Below, one piece after another: positions 13,550-25,814 of a DNA stretch of 64,000 nt. The translations under genes and the position numbers were made by a program. The notes below the pieces were generated by a model, which saw nothing but the letters and a program-made list of their open reading frames with translations, searched no databases and was not told where the DNA came from. The stretch comes from Eledone cirrhosa (taxonomy: Eukaryota): NCBI GenBank assembly GCA_964016885.1, contig OZ024741.1:116746001-116810000 (forward strand), written 5' to 3'. Positions within the stretch are counted from its first letter, which is position 1. Each line of letters starts with the position of its first letter.

Positions 13550-14085
13550 TGGCACCTATGCAAAGTAAACAATTTACCACATTCTGAGAAGTGGTATGAG
13601 CATAAACCAGAGTCGGTGATAGAAAACGATCAGGTGAAGGTGCTATGGGATTTTAGGATACAGACGGACAAGAAACTGGAACACAATAGACCTGACCTGG
13701 TGGTTTTGGACAAGGAAAAAAGATCGTGCCTGATTGTGGATGTGGCCTGCCCATTCGACACGAGTGCAAGAGAAGGAGAGGGAGAAAATTAACCGATACC
13801 AGGACTTAAAGTGGGAGGTAAAAAGGATTTGGAACTGCCATGAAGTCAAAGTGGTCCCGATTGTCATAGGCGCACTAGGTACTATCTCAAGGAGTTTACA
13901 GGGATGGTTAAAGAAGATTAGTCCAGCCCCGCTTTTTGGAACACTTCAAAAGGCATGCTTGCTGGGAACAGCAAGAACCCTCCAATACGTACTGAATATC
14001 TGAGGCTGCAGGTAGCAGCTTGATATTCATTTCAACAAACTTTCCAGTTAAATAACATCAATGACTGAGACTCAAAGAACAATAA
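11711..14085 (+). mobile_element. Stack of four 5'-truncated R4/Dong-type LINEs: family A 11711-12297; family B 12352-12505, 12531-13457, 13549-14085
   Basis: RHD, WxH, WDF, RPD and EKxxKY RLE motifs; each copy ends in (TAA)n; homologous to 45621-49157 and 55864-57980. Confidence 0.9.
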
Positions 14086-15913
14086 TATATTAGTTAATAG
14101 GAATAACAAACACGAATAATAGTAGAACGCCTTTAAATAGCAATGTGAATAGTATAACGTCTGTAAATAACACTGAGAAGAAATGTAATTGTAGAAAGAG
14201 GTCTGAATGTCCTTTACAAAATAATTGCCTTGACAAAAATCTAGTATATAAATGTACCATTAAGGCAAATAATAATATATATAACTACATAGGTGCCACC
14301 TCATCTAACTTTAAGGAACGTTGGTATAATCATAGACATACTTTTAATAGACCGGATAAGAAATTTTCAACTTCACTTTCACAATTAGTATGGCCTTTAA
14401 AGGACAATAATATTAAATACTCCATCTCTTGGAGGAAATTAAGGATTGTTACATCCTACTAGAACTTAACAATCTCAGAAATTTGCCATCTTTGCAATGA
14501 AGAGATTCGTCGGATAATCACAGATTATGACAATTTAATCCCCCCCCCCCCCCAAAAAAAAGAATTATTTAGTAGTTGTCATCATAAAATTGGTAAAACT
14601 TTCCAGGCAATGTACCAGTTCCAAAAAAATAAGGACAATTAATAATTTAAATATATATAAATTTTGCCTAATTGAAGTAATAATTTATTGATATTTATAT
14701 GTAATGGAATAATTTAAATAAGAGTCTTTTTATCCTATGCTTTGATTAGGATAGTTCAATATTTAATTAGGCATCAATTAGGATATATACAATAGATAAT
14801 TTAAGGCTTTTAAAATATCGCTGGACGTGAGAGAGGAGATTCCCTATAAGTTAAAAATGGTTGTACATTGTGAATGAGTTATCTTCCTTTTGTTTACATT
14901 GTCCGTAAAAATTTATTTTTGACTAGCTTGAAAAAACATAAAATATGAAATATGGATTAATAAATAATGATTAATAGTTTAATAATACATAGACTATCAT
15001 TAAAAGGAAACTATATATATCAGAATAATTAAATACAGAAGTAAATATAACCATTCATTAAATGAAATAAAAATATAGAGTAAATATAACTACAGTTCGA
15101 TTCTAAGAAATAAATGAAAATTAAATAATAACAAAGTTTTCATAAAGCGAATTTCTAAATTAATTTGGATAATAAATGAACAAAATATATTATATGTATT
15201 GATGGGGATATATGCATGGTATTATATTTTAATACATATTTAATAATTATTTAATTAGGCTTTAAAGATTAATTCCTTTAAAGTTGTAGTAAAATATTAA
15301 TAGAATATCTTACCTTAAAATTAAAAATTATAATAATCTAGAATGAGCTAAATTAAATTATATAAATTTGTAATTAACTTAAATATTTGATCGCTATAGA
15401 AAGTAATCTATACCTAATAATCTGGATATAATGTGAAAGTATAATTAGCTAAAGCGTAATCCAATACAAGCGATATTCATTGATATATGTGAATAGATTT
15501 TTGATTTCTTATTTTATCTAGCATTTGAATACAACGGTTTTTTATTCTCCACCTATATTTCATATTTTCCTTTTCCTTTTCTTCGTTTTTCTTTATTCCC
15601 CTTCGTTTTCTCTTTATTCTCCCCACATCTTACCTTTCTTTTGTTTTTATTCCTCTTTTCTCTTATATCTTTTTTCTTCTTTTTCCTTTATTCATTTATT
15701 TATTTATTCATTCATTTATTTATTTATTTATTCCTTGCCTTTTCGTTTTCTTTGCGCTCCCTTCTATATTTCTACCTTGCTCTACGTCCTTTTCTTCTTT
15801 AAGTTTATCATATTATCTGTGGTATAAAAACGTTGAGATTTGGTGAAATAAATCACTGCCAATACTGGAATTGAATAATCAAAACCGTAGCGGTATGTCA
15901 CATATCAAATCTT

Positions 15914-15978
15914 ATATTTTGTCTGATGAAAACGTAGTTAAACACCATTGTACCTTTGAAATATGTATAATAAAATAT
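15914..15978 (+). ncRNA. Minimal type I hammerhead at the PLE 3' end
   Basis: Stem I atattttgt/ataaaatat, CTGATGA, GAAAT-atgt-ATA. Confidence 0.7.
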
Positions 15979-16020
15979 ATATTTTGATTATGAGAATATT
16001 TTTCATTTATTAACATTTTG

Positions 16021-16115
<95 letters not shown>

Positions 16116-16339
16116 GAATAGGATTTCAACACACATGCATGGCACCTAAGGTTTCAAATTCCAACCAGTATAGGACCTAGATATTTCATGTCTGCCCGAT
16201 GAGAACTAAACTAGTTGACATGAAATGGGAATACAAATGGAATAAAAAAAGTTTCACGAGATAAGGGGTTTTTTCCGGGTACCTTCATAAATAGAGAGAG
16301 AGAGAAAGAGATAGTGGTTGTGAGAGAGTAGATTGAAAG

Positions 16340-16345
16340 AGAGAC

Positions 16346-16412
<67 letters not shown>
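16340..16412. repeat. (GA)n microsatellite
   Basis: Direct run. Confidence 0.95.
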
Positions 16413-16415
<3 letters not shown>

Positions 16416-16579
16416 CTGGTGGTGTTGTTGACTGAAATTATGATAAGTGATTTCAAAGAATCGAATGCAGCATAACCGTATCTATGTGTGTAGCGAATAT
16501 TTCCTGCTAAATAGGAAGGGTTTCTAAGTGTGTGTTTTTATATATATATATGTGTGTGTGTGGTGTGTGTGTATATTAC

Positions 16580-18429
16580 TAACGAGCATATTTTCAACGA
16601 CCATTCCACATATTACAATGAAGCGCTTGCTCGGAGTGGATTTGTCGATAAGGTAGCATATACAGAGTACGAGAATAGACCTAGAAGAAATAGATCCCGA
16701 CGCATTATATGGTATAACCCACCATATAATATGGAGGTGGCCACACCATTAGCTAAGATCTTTCTCTCCTTTATTACGAAGCATTTTCCCCCTACACATA
16801 AATATAGTAACATTTTTAATAGAAATACTATTAAAATTTCTTACTCTACGACTCCTAACCTTGCACATAACATCGCAGCTTCAAATTTAGCTAAACTACC
16901 TAGCCGTAGGAACACGTGCAACCCTGTAGTTAGTACTAACTGTAATTGTAGGAATCGGGTTGATTGCCCCCTATCCGGAAAATGCCTCTCTAGTAACATT
17001 ATCTACAAATGTAAGGTTGAAACACCCACGTCCCGTAGGGCCTATATAGGGTTAACCGCCAATAGATTCAAGCAGCGTCTTTACATGCATACCCATTCTT
17101 TTCGTTACCCTCTAAGAAGGAATATGACGTCACTTTCAGCTTATATCTGGAGTCTAAAAGACAACCACGTCCAATATAAGTTACACTGGGAGATCCTAGC
17201 TAGGGCTAGATCGTATAACGGAAATAAAAGACCATGTGATCTCTGCGCCGCTGAGGCGCTGGAAATACTCTACGCCACAGAACACATCTTAAACAAACAA
17301 TCTGAGGCAATTTCGGCTTGTAAACATAAATTGCACAAAACTTTCCTGTATTACAGCCCCACATTATACCCTAACGGATAGTACGATCTATACGCGGATA
17401 TTTTACGTCTTGATGTGGTAGCTAAGTATATGTTATGTTTATACCATTACTTATTTGTATAGGTAAGTATATATTACCTGTATGTTTTGTGAAGGTACGT
17501 ATATTTGATTGTATATATTATGGCGTATATTTTTTATATATTCTGGTACATAAGCTTTTGGTTATGTGTATACGTGAGTTTTGCGTCTGTGTGATTATGC
17601 GGGTTCGTACGTATGTAGGGTGTGTGTATATGTGTACTTCGTGTTTTGGTTTACGTACGTCTCCGAACATATGTGTATTTACATGTAGGTATGTGTGTGC
17701 GCTTGTTATATACGTATTTATTTATTTATATACGTTTATTTAATTATTTGTATACACGCGCACACACACACATATTTATATGTGCGTGTATTTGTATACC
17801 TATGGCGAGTTTTTCGCGTATGCTTGTGAATGTACGTATATGGATGCGTGTATGTATTTATTTAATTTTAATTACCTCTGTATTTTATTTACTTTATTCT
17901 TAACTCTGAAGCCGAGAATCATTCGGTTTCCTAGTTAGAATTTTAGTCTACGACTTCAGTTATACCATTTACGTGGTTTTGTCTTTGCGTGCAATTGATC
18001 TCCTCGCTCCACATTATGACGTATTATCTTCGTTTTTTCCGTTCATTGCCAGAGAACGTCTCTATGAAACACCTAATAGAATATTAGTCTACGACTTCTT
18101 TTATACCATAAACGTGGTTTTGTCTTTGCGTGTAATTGTTTTTCACCGCTCCAAATAATTGTTTCTACTTTAGGCACAAGGCCAGCAATTACCCTTGTGC
18201 CTAAAGTAGAAACAATTTCACCGCTCCAAATAATGACGTATTATATTCGTTTTTTCCCGTTCTTTGCCAGGGAACGTTTCCACGAACCAAAGTATCGTCT
18301 TCCTGTCTTCCTCCGGTTGCAACGTTTTTTAAAATATTTACTTCTGCGTTCACAGATTGACTTTGTTAGTTTCAGAAGATCCCGTTAAGGGTGAAAGCAG
18401 CGATTCTTTGCTTAAACTTTAATCTGTTA

Positions 18430-18435
<6 letters not shown>
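16580..18435 (+). mobile_element. 5'-truncated Penelope-like element: GIY-YIG ORF to 17381 plus 3' tail with HHR
   Basis: IIWYNPPY, CNCRNRVDCPLSGKC, IIY..AYIG, FKQR, CDLC..E, LNKQSE..CKH; internal ~150-bp repeats 17930-18290; ends in (TA)n. Confidence 0.9.
18352..18427 (+). ncRNA. Type I hammerhead-like motif with variant core CAGAAGA
   Basis: Stem I acagatt..agttt/aaact..aatctgt, stem II ccc/ggg, GAAA-gca/tgc-TT; same motif on the - strand at ~25827-25902, ~35817-35890, ~35958-36032. Confidence 0.6.
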
Positions 18436-18522
<87 letters not shown>

Positions 18523-18743
18523 GCCTTCCAATTTCATTTTACATTATATACATGTCTGTGTAGATTTTAATTATTTAAAAATTATTTTTAAGTGAATATG
18601 ATTTTTTTAAAAATATTTTTAAGTGAACGTGACCCAGTGGGTCGCGGGTGATCTAGTATATATATATTTTGGTTCTCTACATTAAATAGACCGCTTTTAA
18701 CCTTGATTTATTTCTTCTGAAACTCTGACACTATATATATATA

Positions 18744-20344
18744 CAGTGCCCCGCAAAAGTTTACAACACATTAGGAAAAATGCGGTTTTAGGTATTTTTA
18801 ATAAAGTTAGGGTAATGAAAATGTAACTACTGATAGAACATATAATGAGGCATTTAATGATACAATCATATTTTAAAAAAAATAACAAGGAAATAACTCA
18901 TGAAGAAAAATCAATATTTTTATAACGCAAAAGTTTACAACACATTTTATATTTATCGCTTTTTTTCAAGAAAATTCTTAAATTTTCAAGATTTAAAATT
19001 CAGTAGAATGTTCTAGATTAGGTTTAAGGTAACTTCTAAGGACAATTAAACACATTATGTCATTATTTGTCTGACAACCATCCTGTAAACATTGACAACC
19101 GTCCTGTAAACATTGACAATATGGGGAAAAATAAACTGATTGATTAAGACCTCCGTAAACGCATTGAAGACCTTCATACAAATGGTGTTGGTTATAGAAA
19201 GATATCTTGTCAGTTAAATGTGCCATTGAGTTCAGTTGGTACTATAATTCGTCACTGGAAATCTCATCATTCCATCTGTCCTTTAATTAGTTATGGTTGT
19301 CCTAGAAAGATAACGGAACGTGCAGCTCGGTTATTGACGAGAAAGGTTGGCAACGAACCCCGGTGTACTCTTAAAAATCTTCAGGATGACCTAGAAGGAA
19401 GTGGAGTAAAAGTGAGCACAGATACAATTAGTCGTTCACTACATCGATATATCTTCTCGAGGTCTCCAAGGAAAACACCACTTCTTACGAGGAAACACGT
19501 TCTTCGTCGATTAAACTTTGCAAATGAGCATCTCATCAAACCTGCGTCATTTTGGGAAGATGTACTTTGGTCGGACGAAACAAAAATTGAACTTTTTGGT
19601 CGAAATGCTGTGGCAAAAGTCTGGAGAAAGAAAGGTACTGAATATTCGCTGGAGAATACTATTCCAACTGTAAAATTTGGAGGTGGATCAGTCATGGTCT
19701 GGGGTTGCTTTAGTGCCACAGGTGTAGGAAATATTGAAATAATAGAAGGAAGAATGGATGGCGCTTATTATAGAGGTGTTTTGCAAAGGAATTTACATCA
19801 AAGTGCACATTCTCTCAGCTTAAAGCCAGTTTGGTTTTTTCAACAAGACAATGATCCAAAGCATACTGCAAAGCTAACACAATCTTGGTTAAGTACGAAT
19901 GGAACAAATGTTCTAAAATGACCATGTCAGTCTCCAGATCTTAAACCGATCAAAAATCTGTGGAGAGAACTGAAACTCAGAATTCAAAAAAGGAAACTCC
20001 AAAATATCCCTGAACTAAAGAAAATTTGTTGTGAAGAATGGAAAAATATTAGCCAAGAAGTTTGTAGGAGGCTACTCCAAACGCCCTACAGGCTGTAATT
20101 AGCAACAAAGGTTATGCTACAAAATATTAAGAGATGATTTAATAAATGTGTTGTAAACTTTTGCGTTATAAAAATATTGATTTTTCTTCATGAGTTATTT
20201 CCTTGTTATTTAAAAAAAAATATAATTGTATCATTAAATGCCTCATTATATATTCTATCAGTAGTTAAATTTTCATTACCATAACTTTATTAAAAATACC
20301 TAAAACCGCATGTTTCCTAATGTGTTGTAAACTTTTGCGGGGCA

Positions 20345-20347
<3 letters not shown>
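18744..20347 (+). mobile_element. Tc1-family DNA transposon with IR/DR ends, inactive
   Basis: ~204-bp TIRs starting CAGTGCCCCGCAAAAGTTT, TA flanks, inner repeat cgcaaaagtttacaacacatt in each TIR. Confidence 0.95.
19121..20130 (+). pseudogene. Tc1 DD34E-type transposase pseudogene
   Basis: WSDETKIE, GGGSVMVWGCF, FQQDNDPKHT; TGA at 19919-19921 replaces W; SPDLKPIKNLW has lost the catalytic E; N-terminal stops. Confidence 0.9.
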
Positions 20348-20411
<64 letters not shown>

Positions 20412-20450
20412 ATATTTACAAATGGAAACTATATTTATAAAACCGTATTT

Positions 20451-20514
20451 ATTTCATTATACATATTTCAAGGGCCACCAGAGAAAACTATGGTGCGCTT
20501 TCATCAGATAAAAT
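20451..20514 (-). ncRNA. Minimal type I hammerhead in a PLE-type tail; relatives at ~22836-22900 and ~31277-31338
   Basis: - strand attttat-CTGATGA-aagcgcacca..tggtggccctt-GAAAT-atgt-ATA-atgaaat; relatives have CTGAGGA. Confidence 0.7.
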
Positions 20515-20604
20515 ATAATATAGGTTAGTTTTATAAATAAATATTGACATACCCTTAAAAAAGCAACCATTCTGGTTGGAATCTCAACAAATTATATATA
20601 TATA

Positions 20605-20860
20605 TATTGGTAAACGGAATAGAAAATGCTGACAAATTGTTCACAGTTGAAAAATGGTTTAATTAGGAATAAAAGAGTATTAGTGATTGTATGGGTTAGT
20701 ATTCAGTTGTGGTTTTAAGTTTTTAAGTTTTTACCGGTTGCGCATTTAGAAATGCTCTTTTATTCCTAATTAAACCATTTTTCAACTGTGAACAATTTGT
20801 CAGCATTTTCTATTCCGTTTACCAATATATAATAACTTGTGTGTTACACCTCTATTCTTT

Positions 20861-20865
<5 letters not shown>
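20605..20865. mobile_element. Fold-back element (IR ~20605-20680 / 20751-20828) in (TA)n
   Basis: ~75-bp inverted arms plus a short unique right tail; flanked by another inverted pair (20560-20590 / 20915-20947). Confidence 0.6.
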
Positions 20866-20916
<51 letters not shown>

Positions 20917-20947
20917 GCTGGGATTCCAACCAGAATGGTTGCTTTTT

Positions 20948-20961
20948 ATATATATATATAT

Positions 20962-21003
<42 letters not shown>

Positions 21004-21337
21004 TTATATATACATACATATATACATATATATACATATATACATATATACATATATATACATATATACACATATATATATACACATATATATACACATA
21101 TATATATACACATATATATATATATACATATATATATATACATATATATATATACATATATATATACACATATATATATATACACATATATATACACATA
21201 TATATATATACACATATATATATACATATATATATATACATATATATATATACATATATATATATACATATATATATATACATATATATATATACATATA
21301 TATATATACATATATATATATACATATATATATATAC

Positions 21338-21388
<51 letters not shown>

Positions 21389-21390
21389 TA

Positions 21391-21435
<45 letters not shown>
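20948..21435. repeat. (TA)n/(TACA) compound microsatellite
   Basis: Direct run. Confidence 0.95.
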
Positions 21436-21753
21436 TTGTATTTTCTACGCAATCTTTATTTAGTCTGTTTATAGAAAAATAAAGATGGCGTAGAAAATAC
21501 AATATAACGGGAGGAAACAATAGAACCACTGACGATGTTGCAGATGTACAACGCAATAACTTTGATAAACTATATATATGTGTTTGTGTCTATATTGTAT
21601 CTGTATTATTTTTGACCGTTGGTCAGTCAATGGCAACATTGAGGACCGAATAAATTAGATTACCGATATAAAAGACACAGAAGCGAAAAGCGAAAACCAA
21701 CCAAACAGTGAGTGTGTTCTGTTATTAATTCTGGCAATATTACACAAATATGA

Positions 21754-21876
<123 letters not shown>

Positions 21877-21878
21877 TA

Positions 21879-22714
21879 CGGCAACTGCCATGATTCCTGG
21901 ACATATTTAAATTTCAAAATTCAAACCTGTTCTGTAGACGAATTTGAACCTCGAAACCCAAATAAGTTTCGTAATGGTGGAATGTGAATTGAAAAATAAA
22001 GAGAATCGAAATGGAATAGAAATAAAAGAGTGAAATATCCAAATCTTCTGTGCTTATCAACAGGAATCCAGTAAGATTAGTCTATCACACATCAAAAATT
22101 TTGCAGGACTGACTACACGTGGGTAGGCAGGCCAAAACTAGCTATGCCACATTCACGGTGCTAGAAATAACAGCCGCTTATGCAGGATTAAGGATCGATC
22201 CTGCATAAGCGGCTGTTATTTCTAGCACCGTGAATGTGGCATAGCTAGTTTTGGCCTGCCTACCCACGTGTAGTCAGTCCTGCAAAATTTTTGATGTGTG
22301 ATAGACTAATCTTACTGGATTCCTGTTGATAAGCACAGAAGATTTGGATATTTCACTCTTTTATTTCTATTCCATTTCGATTCTCTTTATTTTTCAATTC
22401 ACATTCCACCATTGCGAAACTTATTTGGGTTTCGAGGTTCAAATTCGTCTACAGAACAGGTTTGAATTTTGAAATTTAAATATGTCCAGGAATCATGGCC
22501 GTTGCCAATATAATCTTGTCTTTATTGACTTATATCGAGACAGACAAATTGTATTCACTTTTATTGGTTTATTTCATTAATAGCTAACTTTGTCTGTTGC
22601 AATGTAAACACATTTCGTGTTTATCATATACTTTAAATGTATTTAACTGCTCGGAAGAGCCCCTTCCTGGAGCTTAATTATTGTAAACGACTGAGAGTTT
22701 ATTCTCAAAATATA

Positions 22715-22720
<6 letters not shown>
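21879..22720 (+). mobile_element. Fold-back element: ~310-bp palindromic arms (21879-22507) plus unique tail, in (TA)n
   Basis: Centre gcaggattaaggatcgatcctgc near 22195; arms differ at only a few bases. Confidence 0.8.
22318..22494 (+). ncRNA. Type I hammerhead, U3-A8 core variant, long stems II and III
   Basis: Stem I gattcctg/caggaatc (8 bp), TTGATAA, gca/tgc, GAAAC-ttattt..aaatat-GTC. Confidence 0.65.
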
Positions 22721-22798
<78 letters not shown>

Positions 22799-22998
22799 AT
22801 TAAATAAATGGAAACTATATTTATAAAACCATATTTATTTCATTATATATATTTCAGGGATATCATATTAACAATATGCTATGCCTTCCTCAGACATTTA
22901 TTTAATATTGTAAATATACTCCAAATATTTGTCGAGTGCTTTTATATCAGTTATAAATATTTACTAGTTGTAACCCAACAATTTAAATATAACTTTCC

Positions 22999-23029
<31 letters not shown>

Positions 23030-23066
23030 CATATATATATATATAAATACATATATATATATATAT

Positions 23067-23226
23067 AACGAAGGAAGTGTGGTAAGGAACCAGGTTACCA
23101 TAACGTACCAGAGTACTCGATACTTAGGGTAGTAGAGTGGGTAATATGAAAAGAGTCACGACCCCGAACGCTGAGCTCCGGCCGTTTCGACAGCTAGATC
23201 TGAACTCAGATCTAGCTGTCGAAATA
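23067..23226 (-). mobile_element. Short (TA)n-flanked element ending in a hairpin; rearranged relative at 62573-62712
   Basis: Shared blocks tattacccactctactaccctaagtat and gaccccga..gctgagctc..gtttcgac; hairpin 23187-23224. Confidence 0.55.
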
Positions 23227-23230
23227 TACA

Positions 23231-23306
<76 letters not shown>

Positions 23307-23402
23307 AAGAATATGAACAGTATTTGGTTGTTATTTTATATCATTTAAAGGGTAATGGGTATGATGTTTGTGTATATATATATATATATATATAGACACA
23401 CG

Positions 23403-23479
<77 letters not shown>

Positions 23480-23564
23480 TACTCCAAATACATTTTTCAA
23501 TTTGTTGGTCATTTCTGGGTATCTAATATACATATCCGAGGAATGTTTTGCGTCATTCTTCTTT

Positions 23565-24002
23565 TTAGAAGCCCATATTAACGATGCTTTTCCTTGTCTT
23601 GGGAGGATGTCTTTCTACTTCTGTATTCAGGACAGCTTTCAGTTCGAAAAAACTGGTTAGTGTATTGGCAACAGAATTCCGTTCATTGTCGTCTAATCTA
23701 GACACCGTCTCATCAACCCACTCAAGGAAATCGAAAATGATTTCGTCAATTAATTCCTCCATATTGGGTTGTGAATCTCTAGCGTTACTTGTAATAGTTT
23801 CTAGAATGTACGGATTCTTTTGCAACTTATCAAATACTCGCCGGGTACTTTTCTTTTTGTCCATGCTCCTTACATTCGTATCCTGAGCCAACACCATCAT
23901 TTCAGGAAGCTTTTTTTGATAATTGTTTATGTCATTTATAAGATCCGTAATACTTTCTTCAAAGATGTCACACTCTTCAAGAACGCTATTTTCTTCACTC
24001 AT
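23565..24002 (-). CDS. Uncharacterised 145-aa acidic helical protein, paralog of 40443-40859
   Basis: ATG-to-stop ORF, not low-complexity; 24/47 identities with the paralog over the C-terminal block; caatATG start context shared. Confidence 0.7.
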   Translation of the reverse strand: MSEENSVLEECDIFEESITDLINDINNYQKKLPEMMVLAQDTNVRSMDKKKSTRRVFDKLQKNPYILETITSNARDSQPNMEELIDEIIFDFLEWVDETVSRLDDNERNSVANTLTSFFELKAVLNTEVERHPPKTRKSIVNMGF

Positions 24003-24327
24003 ATTGTACGAAAAATAAAATAATTATTTTAGTCACACTAAATTGATGAATATGATGGTGGGGAATAAACAATTAGTTAATATTTTTTTCTGTATTTTAT
24101 CGCATATGAAATTGTATATGAAATTGCATATGATTGTATTTACGGCCACGAAATCGTTTGGTAATGCGTAAGTCAAACTGTTAATATAAACATTGTTACC
24201 ATTCTCTTATCTTTCGTTTCTATTCCTATATATATATCCTTACATATATATATATATACATATATATGTGAGTATATATATATATATGTGAGTATATATA
24301 TATATGTGAGTATATATATATATGTGA

Positions 24328-24431
<104 letters not shown>

Positions 24432-24455
24432 CTTCTTTATGGATGATTAATTTAT

Positions 24456-24504
24456 TTATCAACCAGTAAGGTTGCGCATTATATGGAGCTAAATAAGTGT
24501 ATTT

Positions 24505-24540
<36 letters not shown>

Positions 24541-24612
24541 TTGCCATTATGACGTAGACAGCAAATACTGGGAATCAATGATTCTGTATGTGTTCGTTCT
24601 GACATAATGGTT
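24456..24612 (-). promoter_or_regulatory. Conserved upstream block of paralog 1 (TGACGT CRE-like half site)
   Basis: ctattgccattatgacgtagacagcaaatac..atgtgttcgttctgacata aligns to 41324-41390; ttatcaacca also shared. Confidence 0.5.
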
Positions 24613-25334
24613 ATTTATGATAATAATGATGATGATGATGGTGGTGGTAGTGGAGGCAATGGTAATGATCATAATGATGACTATGATGATGATAATGGCG
24701 ATTATGATAGTGATGATGATTATAATGTTGATGATGATGACGGCACCAAAGATTGTGGCAGTCTTTTTCCGGTTTATTTATTTTATCTCAATATATATAT
24801 ATACAAGCAGAATGGCCCGGCGTTGCTCGGGATTCTAAACATAGATTGGCATGTTTATGCCTCCTTTCTGAAACAGTACAGAGAAGTACGGAATACCTCG
24901 GCCTGGGGATGGTGTCTACATTTTGTGCTTATAAAAAAATTCGTCTTAGATTACCAGGGGTTTAACTTAATTGGGTGCCTGACGAAAGCCAAGACGATAG
25001 GGTTAAGTAAAAAGGCATTCGACCAACCAAACATGCATTTGTTGTGCTATGGTACAATCAAGGCAACAGTTACAGAGCAGTAAGCATGTGGGACTGCAGT
25101 GGTGGAGAATGGTGTTGTCTTACCCCTTTCATTGTTTCGTCGTATGTTCACCAATTGATGCAGAAGTCCTAATGAAAAGTGAAGTCGCCTTCGGTGAATA
25201 GGCAAATCATTTTCCATTAGGATTTTTCAAAAGCATGTAATTGCGTTCCGTCTCTTTTTTGTTGTTGTTTTTGCTGCTGTTTATATTTTGTTTTTGTGTA
25301 TACAAAAATATCTGTACACGAATATATAATTTTA

Positions 25335-25362
25335 TATTGGCAACATGACCCTCCCAAAGCAT

Positions 25363-25400
<38 letters not shown>

Positions 25401-25800
25401 ATGCTTTGGGAGGGTCATGTTGCCAATAAGAAACACACGCACCAGTTGCTTTCACTCCAATTTATTATAAATTAAATTTATAAATTTAAGAATTTATAAA
25501 TTTCCGGTTGGTTGGTTCCACAACCGGACAGTTGTTCATATATTGTCAAAGTTCTTTCGTCACATATTCTGTGACCTCTTCACAGAATGTATGAACAACC
25601 GTCCGGTTGTGGAACCAACCAACCAACCGGAAATTTATAAATTCTTAAATTTATAAATTTAATTTATAATAAATTGGAGAGAAAGCAACTGGTGCGTGTG
25701 TTTCTTATTGGCAACATGACCCTCCCAAAGCATAACAATATCGGTTTCAACACACGTTTTCAGATAAAGAATCTTGCTAAACAAATTCAGAAACGAAATA
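25335..25800. mobile_element. Fold-back element (IR ~25395-25740) with HHR remnant at its centre
   Basis: - strand centre reads TGAAGA-g-gtcac..gtgac-GAAAG; fragments also at 25335-25368 and 2280-2327. Confidence 0.65.
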
Positions 25801-25814
25801 TATATATATATTTA

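Larger units (their letters stand above)
10257..16027 (+). mobile_element. Penelope-like element (RT 10330-11710, GIY-YIG 14090-14640), decayed and interrupted by a LINE stack
   Basis: RT motifs MDIASYYSSI, FDITMGSSDSAQV..LVGIFIL, GGLYRDD; linker CNCRKRSECPLQNNC; LVY...YIG; (TA)n on both sides; 3' HHR. Confidence 0.9.

Noticed and set aside
17930-18290. Spaced repeats as a CRISPR array
   Set aside because: Eukaryotic context, degenerate ~150-bp units, no unique spacers or cas genes.
24607-25083. 158-aa Asp-rich ORF
   Set aside because: N-terminus is a (GAT)n repeat; the remainder has no supporting motif.
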